This document shows positions 13,908 through 28,790 of a stretch of DNA of 64,000 nt, one piece after another. The translations under genes and the position numbers were made by a program. The notes beneath the pieces were generated by a model. It worked only from the letters and a program-made list of their open reading frames with translations, was not told the origin of the DNA and made no database searches. Position 1 is the first letter of the stretch. Each line of letters starts with the position of its first letter. Origin of the DNA: Eledone cirrhosa (Eukaryota); NCBI GenBank assembly GCA_964016885.1, contig OZ024741.1:46128001-46192000 (forward strand). The letters are read 5' to 3'.

Positions 13908-13909
<2 letters not shown>
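12620..13909 (-). mobile_element. R4/Dong-like family B, 5'-truncated
   Basis: CRICGEREETVAHIVSEC, RHD, RPD, DVACP, EKINRY; (TTA)n on both sides. Confidence 0.9.
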
Positions 13910-13973
<64 letters not shown>

Positions 13974-16601
13974 GAATGCTATGGTTGACGGAGGCTCGGC
14001 TCTGTAAGGTATTGTAAATTTTGACCGCTATAACAATTGTAAATTGTTTAAAACTTTAACCAAATTGTAGACAAAAACACCCTCCTCCTCGTGAGAGGGG
14101 TCTTTCTGCCCGTTATTTGGCCCTTAGAGGTTAAATAACCGCTTATTGGGATTTTGTGCCCAATATTTATTTTAAACAAAAACAAAAAAACATGGCTACG
14201 AAAAAGAATTTTCACAAGTCACTCTCACTCATTCCGTCTTCTTCTTCCTCAATCGTCACTACAGCAGAGAGAAGATTGTCTCTCTCCCTCCCTTCTCTAA
14301 ATGTGTCTCTCTCCCTCCCTTCTCTTTCGCAAGCGACGCCAGAAAAGAAAAATCACGTGCAAAGCGTGCAAGATTTCTCCACGACGACAACGACGAAAAA
14401 GATGTGCGGTAAATACGAAAACCCATTTCATCCGTCTGACGTCAGGAATAATAGCAGTAGCAGCCGTAATAACAGCAGCAGCAGCAACAGAGACAAGGAA
14501 AACAACAGTAGCAGCCACAACAGCATCAGCAGCAGCATAAACAACAACAGCATTAGCAGCAACAACAACAGCAGCAGTAGCAACAACAACAACAACCACA
14601 GCAACAGCGGCGGCGGCAGTAGTCGTAGGACACGAGGACAAAACAACTGTACTGCAAGTACAGAAAAGAGTACGAGAAGATTGTGTCGGCACCTCCATTG
14701 AGATGTTAATCCAAACCAACCAGGAGTGCATCGAATCTATCCCGGATGTGATAGACTTCGATAACGGCACTCAACTGCCCATAAGTGTTGAGGGCAAACA
14801 CCCGAAATGCTTTCGCTGTGGATCGAAGACTCACCTCAGGGCCTTCGGCAACGAGAAGACCCTGAGAAAGGAGAAAACCCCCCTCCTTCCGAAACCGGCT
14901 CCACGGCTATCAGCAACAGGACAAGCGGCAACCAGGAACGATAGGTCCGTGGCACCCATACCCACGCCACGGAAATCAAAAACAGCAGCAGCAGTGGAAG
15001 TATTAACAACAACAACAGTAATACCAACTGCAGCTCCAACAGAGACTCCAGTGCAAACATCACCAACAACAACAAGTGAAAGAGTGGAGCTGGTACCTCT
15101 CCCCGACCTCACAGAATCAGACATGGAGGGTGAGGTGGGAGAGAGATGGCAAAAGGTCGTAAGAAGGCACAAACGCAGAAGCAGCGCATCGTCGCCTTCG
15201 AAAAGGGAGAAAAGAAATGAAAAAAGGGTAAAGGCTACTGCAAAGAGACTCACAGCAGCAACACCACCAACACCATCACCACCCACACTAGCACCACCAT
15301 CACCACCGGCGACAAACCCACCGCCAACAACAACAACACCTTCAACACCACCCCCACAAGCACCAACATCGCAAACACAACAACAAAACACACACACCCA
15401 GCCACAACGACAAGAAAATAGCAGAACCACACCCCACCCCCAGAAAAACAAATGCACGGCAATAAATACACACAACAAGAAACTAATGACTTACATAATT
15501 GAACACACAGACATTTCACAGCACGACTACATAATACCAGCACCAATCAAAACGCCAACGAACATAAGACTGGTAAAAATAGCACAGAAACAATACACAA
15601 ACATTAAAACGAAATTCCCCAACGTAGTTGGTGATTTGAGATACCTAGGAGGGACTCTCAACCCGAGAGTATATTCGGACATACTCATAGAAGAAACGAC
15701 GACCAGCCGAAGGGACGATTCAACGGTCCCTTAACCAGACGATCAAGTGAAAAGGGATGTAAAAACCATCCTTCCTCTACGAAAAGTACGGTGGTCTTTT
15801 TGCCACTCTATTTTAAACATGACCTCACTCAGAATAGGCAGCATAAATGCGCGTGGCTTGGGGTCGTCATGGAAGCAGGGTCACCTGCTCAACGACCTCA
15901 GGTCACTAAACATAGATGTAGTGGCCATCAACGAGATCAGATTCTCCGAAGCACGGGCCTTCGCACCGATCATCGGCGGCTACGATGTGTACGCATCTCC
16001 CAGCCGTCCGGGATCGGGGGAGGAGTTGCTGTGCCTTTTCGGAGAGGTTTGGATCTCGCCATACGGGCCATCTTCCTGGACCCAGAGGGTAAGTTGGTGG
16101 TGCTGGACGTGACCAGCGGAGACGGGAAAGCTTTCAGGCTAGTGGCCGTCTATGCCCCGACAGGAGCAGGGAGGCCTGATTTCTTCCGGCGTCTGGAGAC
16201 CTTTCTTGGAACGTCCCGCTCTTTAGTGTTAGTAGGCAACTGGAACGGGATCTTAGATGCACGCTGGGACTGTGTGGGATTAGCGGATAGGGGTGGAGGG
16301 TGCAAGAGCCTCACCAACCTGCTCAGGCGTTTTGAACTGTCTTACAGGTACCGATTGGATTTCCCGAATGTGCCAATGTGGACTTGGACAAATCGCATAG
16401 GATCATCCAGATCATATCTAGATAGAGTATTTTGTAGGGAAATAGATAGGTCTAGCATAGGCTGTCCACAATAGTGGTCAGCTACACGGACCACAAATTC
16501 GTGATCTGTGTGCTTGACTTAGATAGGCTTCATAGACGAGGACCCGGCTACTGGAAGTTAAACGCGTCCTTACCAGCGCGCAAGGCCTACAGAGACCGGA
16601 T
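13974..16601 (+). mobile_element. Tx1-like family A, second copy, internally deleted and 3'-truncated
   Basis: Near-identical to the reverse complement of 1375-4702; ORF1 deletion near 14630; starts directly after (ATT)n. Confidence 0.9.
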
Positions 16602-18363
16602 GACTCTTATTGTTATTACTCTTTGAGTCTCAGTCATTGATGTTAGTTAACTGGAAAGTTTGTTGAAATAAATATCAAGCCACTACTTGCAGCCTCAGAT
16701 ATTTAGGACGTATCGGAGGGTTCTTGCTGTTCCAAGCAAGCATGCCTTTTGAAGCGTTCCAAAAAGCGTGAAGGGGCCAATTTTCTTTAACCATCCCTGG
16801 AAACTTTTTGAGATAGTCCCTAGTGGGCCTATGACAATCGGGATCACTTTGACTTCATGGCAGTTCCAAATCCTTTTTACCTCCCACTTTAAGTCCTGGT
16901 ATCGGTTAATTTTCTCCCTCTCCTTCTCTTGCACTCTTGTGTCGAATGGGCAGGCCACATCCACAATCAGGCACGATCTTTTTTCTTTGTCCACAACCAC
17001 CACGTCAGGTCTATTGTGTTCCAGTTTCTTGTCCGTCTGTATCCTAAAATCCCACAGCACCTTCACCTGATCGTTTTCTATCACCGCCTCTGGCCTATGC
17101 TCATACCACTTCTCAGAATGTGGTAAATTGTTTACTTTGCATAGGTGCCAGTGGATCACCTTGCCCATCACATCATGTCTCCAGCCCTTATAGTGAGGCT
17201 GGGCTAGGTGTTTACACTCGGATACAATGTGAGCCACAGTCTCCTCTCTCTCTCTCCACAGATCCTGCACAGTGGGCTAGCCTCCTTCTTGTAAATATGG
17301 TGTTTCAACCACTTCGTTTTGAGGGCCTGCTCCTGCGCAGCCATTAACATTCCTTCTGTAGCCTTTTTAAGGTCTCCACTTTTCAACCAGTTCCATGTCT
17401 GTGGATCTCTAAATTCAGTTTTCTCAAAGAAGGTACTATGAAGGGATTTTTCCTGAAGGCTGCTCTTTCTCCTTGATGTTACTTCCTCCTTGGACATCCC
17501 CTGGCCTATTGTCCCCTCCTTCAGTACAGTTCTGAGCATTGGCTCCTTACTATCAGTCACGTATTTGTGTAGGTTGTTTTTCTCCATCTGAACACATCCT
17601 CTATGCTGATAAGACCTCTTCCACCCTCAGATCTCCTTAAGTAGAATCTATCGACATCACTCCTCTTGTGGAACATGTTGTAGATAGTCAATAGCTTCCT
17701 AGTCTTCCTATCCATTTCTTTCTGTTCAGCAACATTCCATCCCAGAATTCCCGCACTGTACCTAATAATAGACACAGCTCGGGAATTTACTGCACTTATG
17801 GCATTCCTACTGTTCAGATGTGACTTTAATACGCTCCTTACTCTCCGAATGTATTCAGTTCTTATCAATTCCTTCATTTTTTTGTTCTTGATGTCATCAG
17901 CCTCCAGAACGCCCAAATACTTGTATCCTTCTTCAGAGTCAATTTCCTTTATCATCTCACCCGTTGGTACCTGGATTCCGTTACTTCTGCTCAACTTACC
18001 CCTCTTCATCACAATGACTCCACACTTACTAATACCAAATTGCATACATATATCATTGGTGAAAATACGGACAGTGTCAACAAGCACATCCAACTCCTTC
18101 TCACTCTTCCCGAAGAGCTTAAGATCGTCCATGAAGAGGAGGTGATTGATGGTAAGCCATCCCTTTCCCAACCTGTATCCTGCTCTCACTTTTCGCAGTA
18201 CACTGGTCAGGGGCATCAGGGCAAGGACAAACAACAGAGGGGACAGACTATCTCCCTGGAAGATACCTCTCTTGATCTTCACGCTTCCCAAGGTTTCTCT
18301 AGTTGATGTTAACTCTGTTTCCCAGGACTTCATACTTTTGCCCAACAACTGTCTGATGTTATC
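16602..18363 (-). mobile_element. R4/Dong-like family B (diverged subfamily), 5'-truncated
   Basis: RT GIFQGDSLSPLLF/HLLFMDDLK plus CCHC and RLE; abuts (TTA)n at 18364. Confidence 0.9.
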
Positions 18364-18391
18364 TATTATTATTATTATTATTATTATTATC

Positions 18392-21300
18392 ATTGGTTGG
18401 TGAGGCCACGCTTCTTATCACCTCCAGTCTTTTTCAACGTTTTACCTCTTTTTCAACCGTTCTAAACCTTTTATTCAAGTTTTAAATTTGATAAAAGTTT
18501 AGAAGAAGTGACCCACCTAATACAGGTGTTCACTAGTAAATAATACGGCACCCCTTTACGGGGTGTCGTATTCGTATTTGTGTAAAAATATTTTTTGAAA
18601 AATTTCAACATGGATAACACAAAAAAGAGAGAGAGCGCTGTCAGACAACACAGAGACAGGGAGACTTTATCAGCATGTCAACAAGACAGCGTTCCAGCGG
18701 AGGTAAATATAAACGAAAATATTACAAAGGAAAAAAAGATTGTTACAGATTTAAAATTAACAAATATTTCTAACACAAACAACACCAACAATAACACCAA
18801 CAACATCACCAACAATAACACCAACAACATCACCAACAACAACACCAAAAATAACAGCGGTAAAGTCGAGAACGACAATAACAAAAATAACAGCGGTAAG
18901 GTCGAGAACGACAATAACAAAAATAACAGCAGTAAGGTCGAGAACGACAATAACAATGACAATAACAACAGCCACAACAACAATAATAGTAGGAACAGTA
19001 TCAACAAAAACAACAATAATAACAACAGCCACAATAACAGTAACAGCAGCAACAGTATCAATGAAAACAACACCAACAACTGTACCAGCCAAAAAAAAAA
19101 ACAATGACACCGATACCTGTAATAGCGACCTCAGCACCACCAGTAAGACCAGTAACGGCAGCAATAGTGGTGCTGCTGAAAAATATCGAGACAGTGTTAG
19201 TCACAGAGGGGGAGATGGCAGTCGCAAGGGCCATGGTGACAAGAAGCGCAAATAGAGTTTCCCTGAAACCTCCACCCGATTTTTTCAAGGACCAGCAGCT
19301 ACGAACGGTGACTTACCGCACCGTAAGCAAAATCTCACATCGAGTGGAGAGAGCCACGGAGGCTCAAATCCAAAAGGCCTTGGGGTGCGTCTGGGTACGT
19401 AAAACCCAAATCACCCGAGGCAGAAAGTACGCCACAGTAGACGTACTTTTCGCCACCCCCCAGGAAGCAAAGTCTCACACTTTGGAAACCCTAAAGAGTG
19501 AGGAGTTAGTCTTGGTGCCCTCCTACTGCGGTCAGAAAATTGTGAGGGTCAAAGTGACCCAGGTCCCACCCGACGTGCCCATACCTTGGCTGGCCGCGTC
19601 TGTCCTTGCTAGAATTGAGAACAGGGCGACCATGCTGCACGTTGAAAAAATAGGGAGAGAGAACTGATCAGGTATAGGCATGCAAATGCTTATACAAACT
19701 GACCAGGAATGTATCGAGGCTATCCCCGATATCATAGACTTTGAGGAAGGACTCCAACTCCCTATAAGTGTAGAAGGAAGACGGCCAAAATGTTATATCT
19801 GTGGGTCGAAAGGTCGCCTCAGGGCCTTTTGCCCGCAGAAGATACCTGGTCCGCTTCTACCAAGAACAGGACAGGCAACAAACGAAGAAGCCCATTCCAC
19901 GGTGAGTAGGAGGGCAACGTCCGTAGCACCCGTACCGAGGCCACGGATAACTAAAGCAGCATCATCAGTAGCGGCAACACCAATAGCTACATTTGAAATA
20001 GCTACACCAGCAACAACATTGCCGAAGAGGGCTCCACTACCACCACCAACAGCCGTGGAGCACATACCCCTCCCAGACGCCACAGAATCCGACATGGAGT
20101 TTGAGGCGGGAGCGACGTGGCAAACAGTCTGCCACAAAAAACAAAAAACAAAAAACCCTTAGATTCACCCTCCAAAAGCGAAGGCATACAAAGAGGGGTA
20201 AAGGCAGCAAGGAAACTTGCAGCAACACCACCACAAACACCAACAACGCAAACACAACAAGACACACACACCAAACAGCAACAAGAAGAAAACGGCAACA
20301 AAATCACCCCTCCCCCAAAAAGTACACAGCCATAAACATAGCAAAAAAAGAACTCATAAAATATATAAAGCAGCACACAGACATCACGGAAAAAAATTAC
20401 TACACCCCACCAACACCAAGAACTCTCCCGACAAACATAAGCATCATCGAAATCTCATTAGAACAATACAAACCTTTAAAACAAAAATTCCCCAACGCAG
20501 TTGGAGACTTCAGAGGGACGGTTACCAAGAGGATATACACTGACATCCTCTTGGAAACACCCACGACCAGCGAAAGGGACGGTTCTACTGTCCCTTCACC
20601 ACACGAACAAGGTAAGTGACCCTTTCTCATTTGCCCCGTTTCTCATCCAACATGGCTGTACTCAGAATAGGCAGTATAAATGCACGTGGCCTGGGGTCAT
20701 CTTGGAAGCAGGGTCACCTGCTCAATGACCTCAGGTCACTAAACATAGATGTGGTGGCCATCAGTGAAACCAGAATCTCCGAGGCACGGGTCTTCGCACT
20801 GATCTTCGGCGGCTACGATGTATACGCATCTCCCAGCCGTCCAGGTTCGGGGGGAGGGGTTGCCGTCCTTTTTCGGAGAGGCTTGGATCTCGCGATACGG
20901 GCTATCTTCCTGCACCCAGAACGTAAGTCGGTGGTGCTGGATGTGACCGGCAGCGAAGGCAATGCTTTCAGGCTAGTAGCCGTCTACGCCCCAACAGGGG
21001 CAGGACGGCCAGATTTCTTCATACGTCTAGAGACCTTTCTTGGAACGTCCCGCTCTTTAGTGTTAGTGGGCGACTGGAACGGTATCTTGGATGCACGCTG
21101 GGATCGTGTGGGGCTAGTGGATAGGGGAGGAGGGTGTTAGAGCCTCACCAACCTGCTCAGACGTTTTGAACTGTCTGACAGGTATCGACTGGATCACCCG
21201 AATGTGCCAATGTGGACATAGACAAACCGCATCGGGTCATCCAGATCGTATCTAGATAGGGTATTCTGCAGGGAACTAGATAAGGCTAGTATAAGTTGTC

Positions 21301-24300
21301 CACAATTTAAAATAGTCGACTACACAGACCACAAATTTGTGATCTGTGAGATCGACATAGACAGACTTCATAGACAAGGGCCTGGTTACTGGAAGCTGAA
21401 CGCGTCTTTCCCGGTGCGCAAGGCCTACAGAGACCGGATTAGCGTATTAGTTAAGCGGGCGTTGACGGGAGCGGTCGTCAACAACAGGTGGTGGTTCGCC
21501 CTGAAAAGGGCAATTAAAGTAGAGTCGATTAGGTTTAGCAAAGGAGTAGTGATAGAGGAAAATAGAGTAGAGGGAGAGCTACTCAGAAAGCTAGAAGAGG
21601 CGTTTAGGACAGGCATCGCAACCGACGTGTTTGCGGCGAGATTGGCACTCGACTAATTCTTCAACGCAAAACACGAAGGCTGCGTTGTCAGAGCTAGAGC
21701 GCGTGCTCTGAAACACGAGGGGACAAAAGCCGTCCAATGGGCCCGAGTGGCAGAGGCGCGACGTGGCAATAAAGCCACAATTCGGTCTTTGTCTGACCAA
21801 AACGGGTGCGTGATGCTCGAACCCGAGCGGATGTGTGAAGCTTTTCAGCAGCACTTTGCTGAACTGTTTGGGAGCGGCGGCGGCCCGGATCTGGACATGG
21901 ACTTCAGTGCATACCTCGACGGACTGCCTCGGCTCTCGACGACCGCAGCACAGTGTTGCAAAAAGCCAATAACAGCCGGTGAAATACGGGAAGCGATGGC
22001 TAACTGCACAAGAGGTAAATCGCCAGGTTTAGATGGTCTGCCCTACGAGCTTTATGCATTTATGCCACACTTGTTCGGTGACCTCTTGGCAGACGTCTAC
22101 TGCAACTGGCAGCAGAACGGGAGCATTCCCAGTTTTGTGAGCCGGGGAGCAGTGGCGCTGCTGAGAAAAGACCCGAACAAGGGGGATGTTATTGATAATT
22201 TCAAGCCCATAACTCTACTAAACGCAGAGTTCAAGATTTGGGCCAAGGTGTTAGCAACGAGGTTGGCGCTTGTCGTCAAGGGTCTGGTGGGAGAGGCGCA
22301 GACATGCGCCATCCCGGACAGATCCATACACGACAACCTCCACCTCATGCGATACATCCTAGAGAGGGTGGTTAAGGAACCTGGCAAGGGTGGGTCCTGA
22401 GCAACTTGGATCAATCCAAAGCATTCGATAGGGTCGACCATCGGTACTTGGCGGCAGTCCTCGAGGCAGCCGGTTTCGGGTCCATTTTCAGGCATTGGAT
22501 CGCAGCAATGTACAGCGACATCTGCTCAGTTGTGAGGGTGAACGGTCACCTGTCGCAGCCATTCAGCATCATGCGCTCAGTTGTCCCCTCTCGTCCCTCT
22601 TGTACGTATTGGCTCTCGAGCCGTTACTGCACAAACTGGGGGCGATGAGGCGCCTCCCACGCGAACTAGGATGCGGGAAATCCGAGTCGGCTTACGTTGA
22701 CGACGTCACCGTGGTGGTGTCGAGCACCAGACACGTCCAGATGCTCGGCACCGCTCTCAATGAATACGAAACGGTGACAGGAGCAAAGATAAACCAGGAA
22801 AAGTCGGTGGGCTTGCAGCTAGGCACCTGGAGAGGGAAGTCCATGCCGTCCGACAGTGTCGTGGGACGTTGGACGGACGGACCGGTTAAATTGCTCGGGG
22901 TCTGGTTCGGACCGGACCTCCAGGAGGAGAAAAACTGGAACGAGGTGACGAGCAGGGTGGCCTCCCTCACCCAGAAATGGGCTGAGAGGAAGCTGTCCCT
23001 GAAAGGCCGGGCGGAAGTGGCGAATGCGTACATCGCATCCGTCATCTGCTACCGCCTCACCGTCGTCCCTTGCTCCAGCCCAACTCTCACCAAAATGGAG
23101 CACCTCCTCTTCCGCTTTTTGTGGAAGGGACGCGCTCCCATGGGCAGACGATCCATCTGATGTCAACACCGTTGCGTGGAGGACTGGGCATGCCATGGCT
23201 GATGATGCGCAAACATGCGCTGAGGCTGCGACATCTCTGGTGCTTCCTTGATGGTGAACGGGTGTGGTCGCCGTTCGCCAGGCACATTTTCCCACAGCTC
23301 GTCTCCTTGACAGAACGGCACTCCTGGGTCAGAAAAAGACCGAGGGATAGCGCTTGGAAACTGGAATGTCTCCAGGCGCTCACTGCCCTCTCCCAGTTGG
23401 GCACCAGTATCGGTGGAACATCCACCTCGGCGTTCTATAGAGGACTAGTGGAGGGGAAGAGCGACGACGTTCTCGGATAGATCCTGGGCGTCGAAGAAGA
23501 TCAGCTGCTTGCTCTCTTCCGAAGAATTTTCAGCCTGGCGCCTATGGATAACTTCCCAAAATCCCTGGCCTGGCAGTGCTACCGGGGAGCGCTGCCGGTT
23601 CGAGATAAGCTCTACAGGCACGAAAGTGCCGTCAGCCGAGCCTGTCCGAGATGCGCGCATAGCGACGAAACTGTTCAGTGCCCGAGCATTGCTGACTTGT
23701 GGAGCTATGTCGAACAGTTGCTGTCACGTGTGGGACTGATCCGGTTCTCGACTGAGTCCATTGTGCAGATGGTCTCGCCGTCTTCCTTTGAGGAGGTAGG
23801 GCAGGCGGTTTCATCTGCCTGGTGGCCATGGCGAAAGAGATTGTGTGGTGGACAAGGTTAAAAGGATTAAAGACAAACACTTTCCTCTTCGGCGAATCCC
23901 TGATTAACTTTTTCAAGTTTCACTTGAAGACGAAAATCAGGGTGGAGAGGCAAGTGCTGCTTTCTAGCAAGTTTATTGAAAGGTGGGTGAATGTAGCGAG
24001 AATGATCCGAGAATATACGTCTGTAGTTTGAGAGATGGAAAAATTGAGAGAGGGCGCTTGCCCTGGTAGTCAGGGTGGCCGTGGTCTTTTGTGTGGTTTT
24101 CGCCACGAGTAACCCTCGGAGGTTTCCCCCCTATTGGGGAATTTTTCATTGTTTCAATTTTCATTTTATTGTTTATATATATATATGTTTTATGTCTTTT
24201 TTCTTTTCTTATATAAATAATAAAAATATTTACACGCGCAAAACCCACATCGTACCGTCCTGTTCCGTCTGTGATGTTTTTCTTGATGTCAGCCCTTGTG

Positions 24301-24313
24301 GCCAATAAAGAAA

Positions 24314-24314
<1 letters not shown>
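18392..24314 (+). mobile_element. Tx1-like family B, full-length but multiply inactivated
   Basis: ORF1 remnants (CYICGSKG.LRAFC), APE (20653-), RT (YVDD), zf-RVT, 3' aataaagaaatc(att)n; (ATT)n on both sides. Confidence 0.9.
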
Positions 24315-24378
<64 letters not shown>

Positions 24379-24380
<2 letters not shown>

Positions 24381-25157
24381 AGTTGCATTTATCTTGCTTT
24401 ATGTTCATACGAGTTATCACCAAGTCACAACCAGTGACCTCAAGAGACAACAAGGTCCGCCATGTTCAAGAAAGAACATACATACTCACACATGCATCTT
24501 TAGTGTTTAGACTTGTGATGTACTTATATTGACAGAATCTTCCTTAGTATATGGGCAGTTCCCATTAGTACTATCTTTTGTATTTCTCCTATACGCGGGT
24601 TTCCTGGGATTTGCGATAAGTAATCATTAGACCCCTTAGGTATCATTCCCAGAGCGCCTACAACCACTGGTATTGTTTTAGTTCTCAATTTCCACATTTT
24701 TCCAATTTCTATCTCCAGGTCCTTATACTTGCTCAATTTTTCAAATGTTTTTATAGATACATTCTTGTCTATTGGTACAGACATATCGATTAGCAGGCAT
24801 ACCCTCTTTTTAAAGTCCTTCAATATTATATCAGGTCTATTTGCATCTATTTTTCGGTCTGTTTAGATGCTAAAGTTCCACAAGATTGAGATGTGATCTT
24901 TTTCAAGTATGGCAGGTGGTTGATGCTCCCACCAATTCTTTTGATGGGGCAGGTCAAAATGCTTACACATTATCCAATGTATGTATTGTGCAGCTCTGTC
25001 ATGCCTGTTTAGGTATTCGATAGGAGCTATAGGACTGCACATTGAAATTATATGGTCAATGGTCTCTGGTTGTTTTTTGCATACACGGCATAATGGGCTG
25101 CATCCATTTTTTTATTAGCTTGGCTTGGTAATTTTTTGTTGGCAGACACTGATCTTG
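24379..25157 (-). mobile_element. R4/Dong-like family A, 5'-truncated
   Basis: Matches 7721-8500; flanked by (TTA)n on both sides. Confidence 0.9.
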
Positions 25158-25184
25158 ATTATTATTATTATTATTATTATTATT

Positions 25185-28100
25185 GTTGTTATTCCTTGAA
25201 TCTCAGTCATTGATGTTGGTTAACTGGAAAGTCCGTTGGAATGAATATCAAGCCACTACCTGCAGACTCAGATATTCAGTATCGGAGGGTTCTTGCTGTT
25301 CCAAGCAAGCATGCCTTTTGAAGCGTTCCAAAAAGCGTGAAGGGGCCTATTTTCTTTAACCATCCCTGGAAACTTTTGGAGATAGTCCCCAGTGCGCCTA
25401 TGACAATCGGGATCACTTTGACTTCATGGCAGTTCCAAATCCTTTTCATCTCCCACTTTAGGTCCTGGTATCGGTTAATTTTCTCCCTCTCCTTCTCTTG
25501 CACTCTCGTGTCGAAAGGGCAGGCCACATCCACAATCAGACACGATATTTTTCCTTTCTCCACAACCACCACGTCAGGTCTATTGTGTTCCAGTTTTTTG
25601 TCCGTCTGTATCCTAAAATCCCACAGCACCTTCACATGATTGTTCTCCATCACCGCCTCTGGCCTATGCTCATACCATTTCTCAGAATGTGGTAAATTGT
25701 TTACTTTGCACAGGTGCCAGTAGATCACCCTGCCCATCACATCGTGTCTCCAGCCCTTATAGTGGGTCTGGGCTAGGTGTTTACACTCGGACACAATGTG
25801 AACCACAGTCTCTCTCTCCACAGATCCTGCACAGTGGGCTAGCCTCCTCCTTGTAAATATGGTGCTTCAACCACTTCGTTTTGAGGGCCTGCTCCTGCGC
25901 AGCCATTAGCATTCCTTCTGTAGCCTTTTTGAGGTCTCCTCTTCTCAACCAGTTCCATGTCTGTGGATCTCTAAATTCAGTTTTCTCAAAGAAGGTACTA
26001 TGAAGGGATTTTCCCTTAAGGCTGCTCTTCCTCCTTGATGTTATTTCCTCCTTGGACATCCCCTGGCCTACTGTCCCCTCCTTCAGTACAGTTCTGAGCA
26101 TTGGCTCCTTACTATCAGTCACGTATTTGTATAGGTTGTTTTTCTCCATCTGAACACAGTCCTCTATGCTGATAAGACCTCTTCCACCCTCAGATCTCCT
26201 TAGGTAGAGTCTATCGACATCACTCCTCTTGTGGAACATGTTGTAGATAGTCAATAGCTTCCTAGTCTTCCTATCCATTTCTTTTTGTTCAGCAACATTC
26301 CATCTCAGAATTCCCGCACTGTACCTAATAATAGACACAGCTCGGGAATTTACTGCGCTTATGGCATTTCTGCTGTTCAGATGTGACTTCAATACGCTCC
26401 TTACTCTCCGAATGTATTCAGTTCTTAACAATTCCTTCATTTTTTTGTTCTTTATGCCATCAGTCTCCAGAACGCCCAAATACTTGTATCCTTCCTCAGA
26501 GTCAATTTCCTTTATCATCTCACCTGTTGGTATCTGGATCCCGTTACTTCTGCTCAACCTACCCCTCCTCATCACAATGACTCCACATTTACTAATACCA
26601 AACTGCATACATATATCACTGCTGAAAATACGGACAGTGTCAACAAGCACATCCAACTCCTTCTCACTTTTCCCGAAGAGCTTAAGATCGTCCATGAAGA
26701 GGAGGTGATTGATGGTAAGCTCTCCCTTTCCCAACTTGTATCCTGCTCTCACTTTTCGCAGCATAATGGTCAAGCGCATCAGGGCAAGGACAAACAACAG
26801 AGGGGACAGGCTATCTCCCTGGAAGATACCTCTCTTGATCTTCACGCTTCCCAAGGATACTCCAGTTGATGTCAACTCTGTCTCCCAGGACCCCATACTC
26901 CTGCCCAGCAACTGTCTGATGTTATCCGCCACCCTGAAGATCTCCAGGCTTTTGGTGATCCAAGAATGAGGCACCATGTCAAATGCCTTTCTGTAGTCTA
27001 TCCATCCCATGGCAAGATCAGTGTGTCTCCTCCTGCAGTTCCCCATTACCATCTTATCAATAAGTAACTGGTCCTTTGTACCACGTGACTTCTTTCGGCA
27101 TCCTTTCTGTTCGTCCGGTAACAAGTTGTTTGTGTGGAGGTGATGGTAGATTTCCTCAGACACAATGCTCGTCAACAGTTTCCACATTACGGACAGACAT
27201 GTGATAGGTCTATAGTTGGTAACATCATTACCCTTGATTCGGTCTTTCATTATCAGAACTGTGGTACCTTTTGTCAACCACTCTGGCACCTCACCCGACA
27301 CCAAGCAGTCATTGAACATGGCCGTCAGCTTCGGGTGGAGGGATGTTAAATTTTTAATCCAATACCCCTGCACACCATCTGGGCCTGGTGATTTCCAGTT
27401 GGTTAGTTTTTTGGCCTGCCCCTTAAGAGTTTCAACTGTGATACTCAAATCAGTTTGTTGGTGTGCCTGCTCACCGATCTCCCTCTGTACTGTCTCAATC
27501 CACCCTGCCTGGACATTATGTCTAACATCCTGCTCCCATATTCCTCTCCAGAATGTTTTAGTTTGCTCCGCCCCAGGGATCAAGTCGTTGCCTCTTTCTT
27601 TCCCCTCAAGCTGTCCAAACAGCATCTTCTGGTTGTTGTCGAACATGCGGTTCTGTTTATACTGACTGACTCTGTTCTCGTATCGCCTGATTTTTGCACT
27701 CTTTGCTACAATGCGTTGCTTCAGTTCCTCTATGATAATATTTAGCTTTTTCCTCCTAGTTTTGTACTTTATTTCCAGTCTATTTTTAGTGTCTATGTTT
27801 TTTAGTGTCCCATTCAGTAGTGACTCAAGCTTTCCTATGTCATTTCTCATTTCCCCGATTTGACCACTCAGTCGTTTCTTCCACCACGGCTCTGCTCTTT
27901 CTTGTCTGTTGTTTCCTCTCGCTTTTATACCAAGTAGTTTCCTCACCGTATTTGCTGTTGCTTTGAGGATATTGTTGCACTGGTGAAGGCTCCTCGCCTC
28001 AAGGTATGGGATGACTTTGTTTACCTTAGCTGTTGTTTCTTTTAACTTTTTCCTGTCTACAAATCTTAGGTTCATAGGTCTCCCACTATCATTGTTCAAT

Positions 28101-28790
28101 TCATCTACCACTAAATTTAGGATGTCAACCGAATCTTGTCCTAGCCCGTCAGCATTCATCTCCTCAGTGGCCGTATCTCTGTTCCAGGTATTATTTATCT
28201 CAGTATTCAGATCATTGTCTGCTTCGGGTGGTTCCTCCGTTCTCAGGACCTCTTCACCTTCATTTCCCACTGGCTCGCTTGTCTGGCATACTACACCCGC
28301 CATCTCCAAGCCATTCTCTCTGCTCAGTTCCTCCAGTTCCAGCTCGCTTATCCACCCATTAGTTCTTATTACCCGAGCCTGCCCGGCCAATTTTTGTTCA
28401 TCTAATTTAAATAGACCAATCTCGTTCCAGATGTTATGCATCCGTCTCCTGTAGCCCCTCTCCTTGGGGTTACTTTTCAGGTAACATTGCATAACAGTTC
28501 TATTCAATTCTTTCGTCCAGTTGGTTCTGGTCCCTTTCCTTCTTCTTCTTCCTCCAACATCAGCAGTATTTGGTTGACAGTCAGGTTCCTGCTGCTGAGC
28601 CAGGGGGCACCTGTTGGGTGAGAATCTGTCACATGACGTTCTAGTCTCCATTTCACCGTTATTCGAACTGTTTATGTTCGATATTTAAACACTCTTATCG
28701 AGGATTGGCGAATGTATGGTTACATAGCCATCTGTGGATTCGCCGTTCCACTTGGCCCTTGTGTGGCATTATCACCACGCTGTATACGAA
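25185..28790 (-). mobile_element. R4/Dong-like family B, near full-length
   Basis: 956-aa ORF plus frameshifted RLE C-terminus; 5' boundary approximate. Confidence 0.9.
25276..28651 (-). pseudogene. Dong-B single ORF (N-terminal Myb-like region, RT, CCHC, PD-(D/E)xK RLE); frameshift near 25810
   Basis: ORFs 25781..28651 and 25276..25821. Confidence 0.88.

Noticed and set aside
14075-14140. HDV-like L3 motif (TCCTCGT) in the Tx1 5'UTR
   Set aside because: Forms a simple hairpin; no P1, P1.1 or catalytic J4/2 could be assembled
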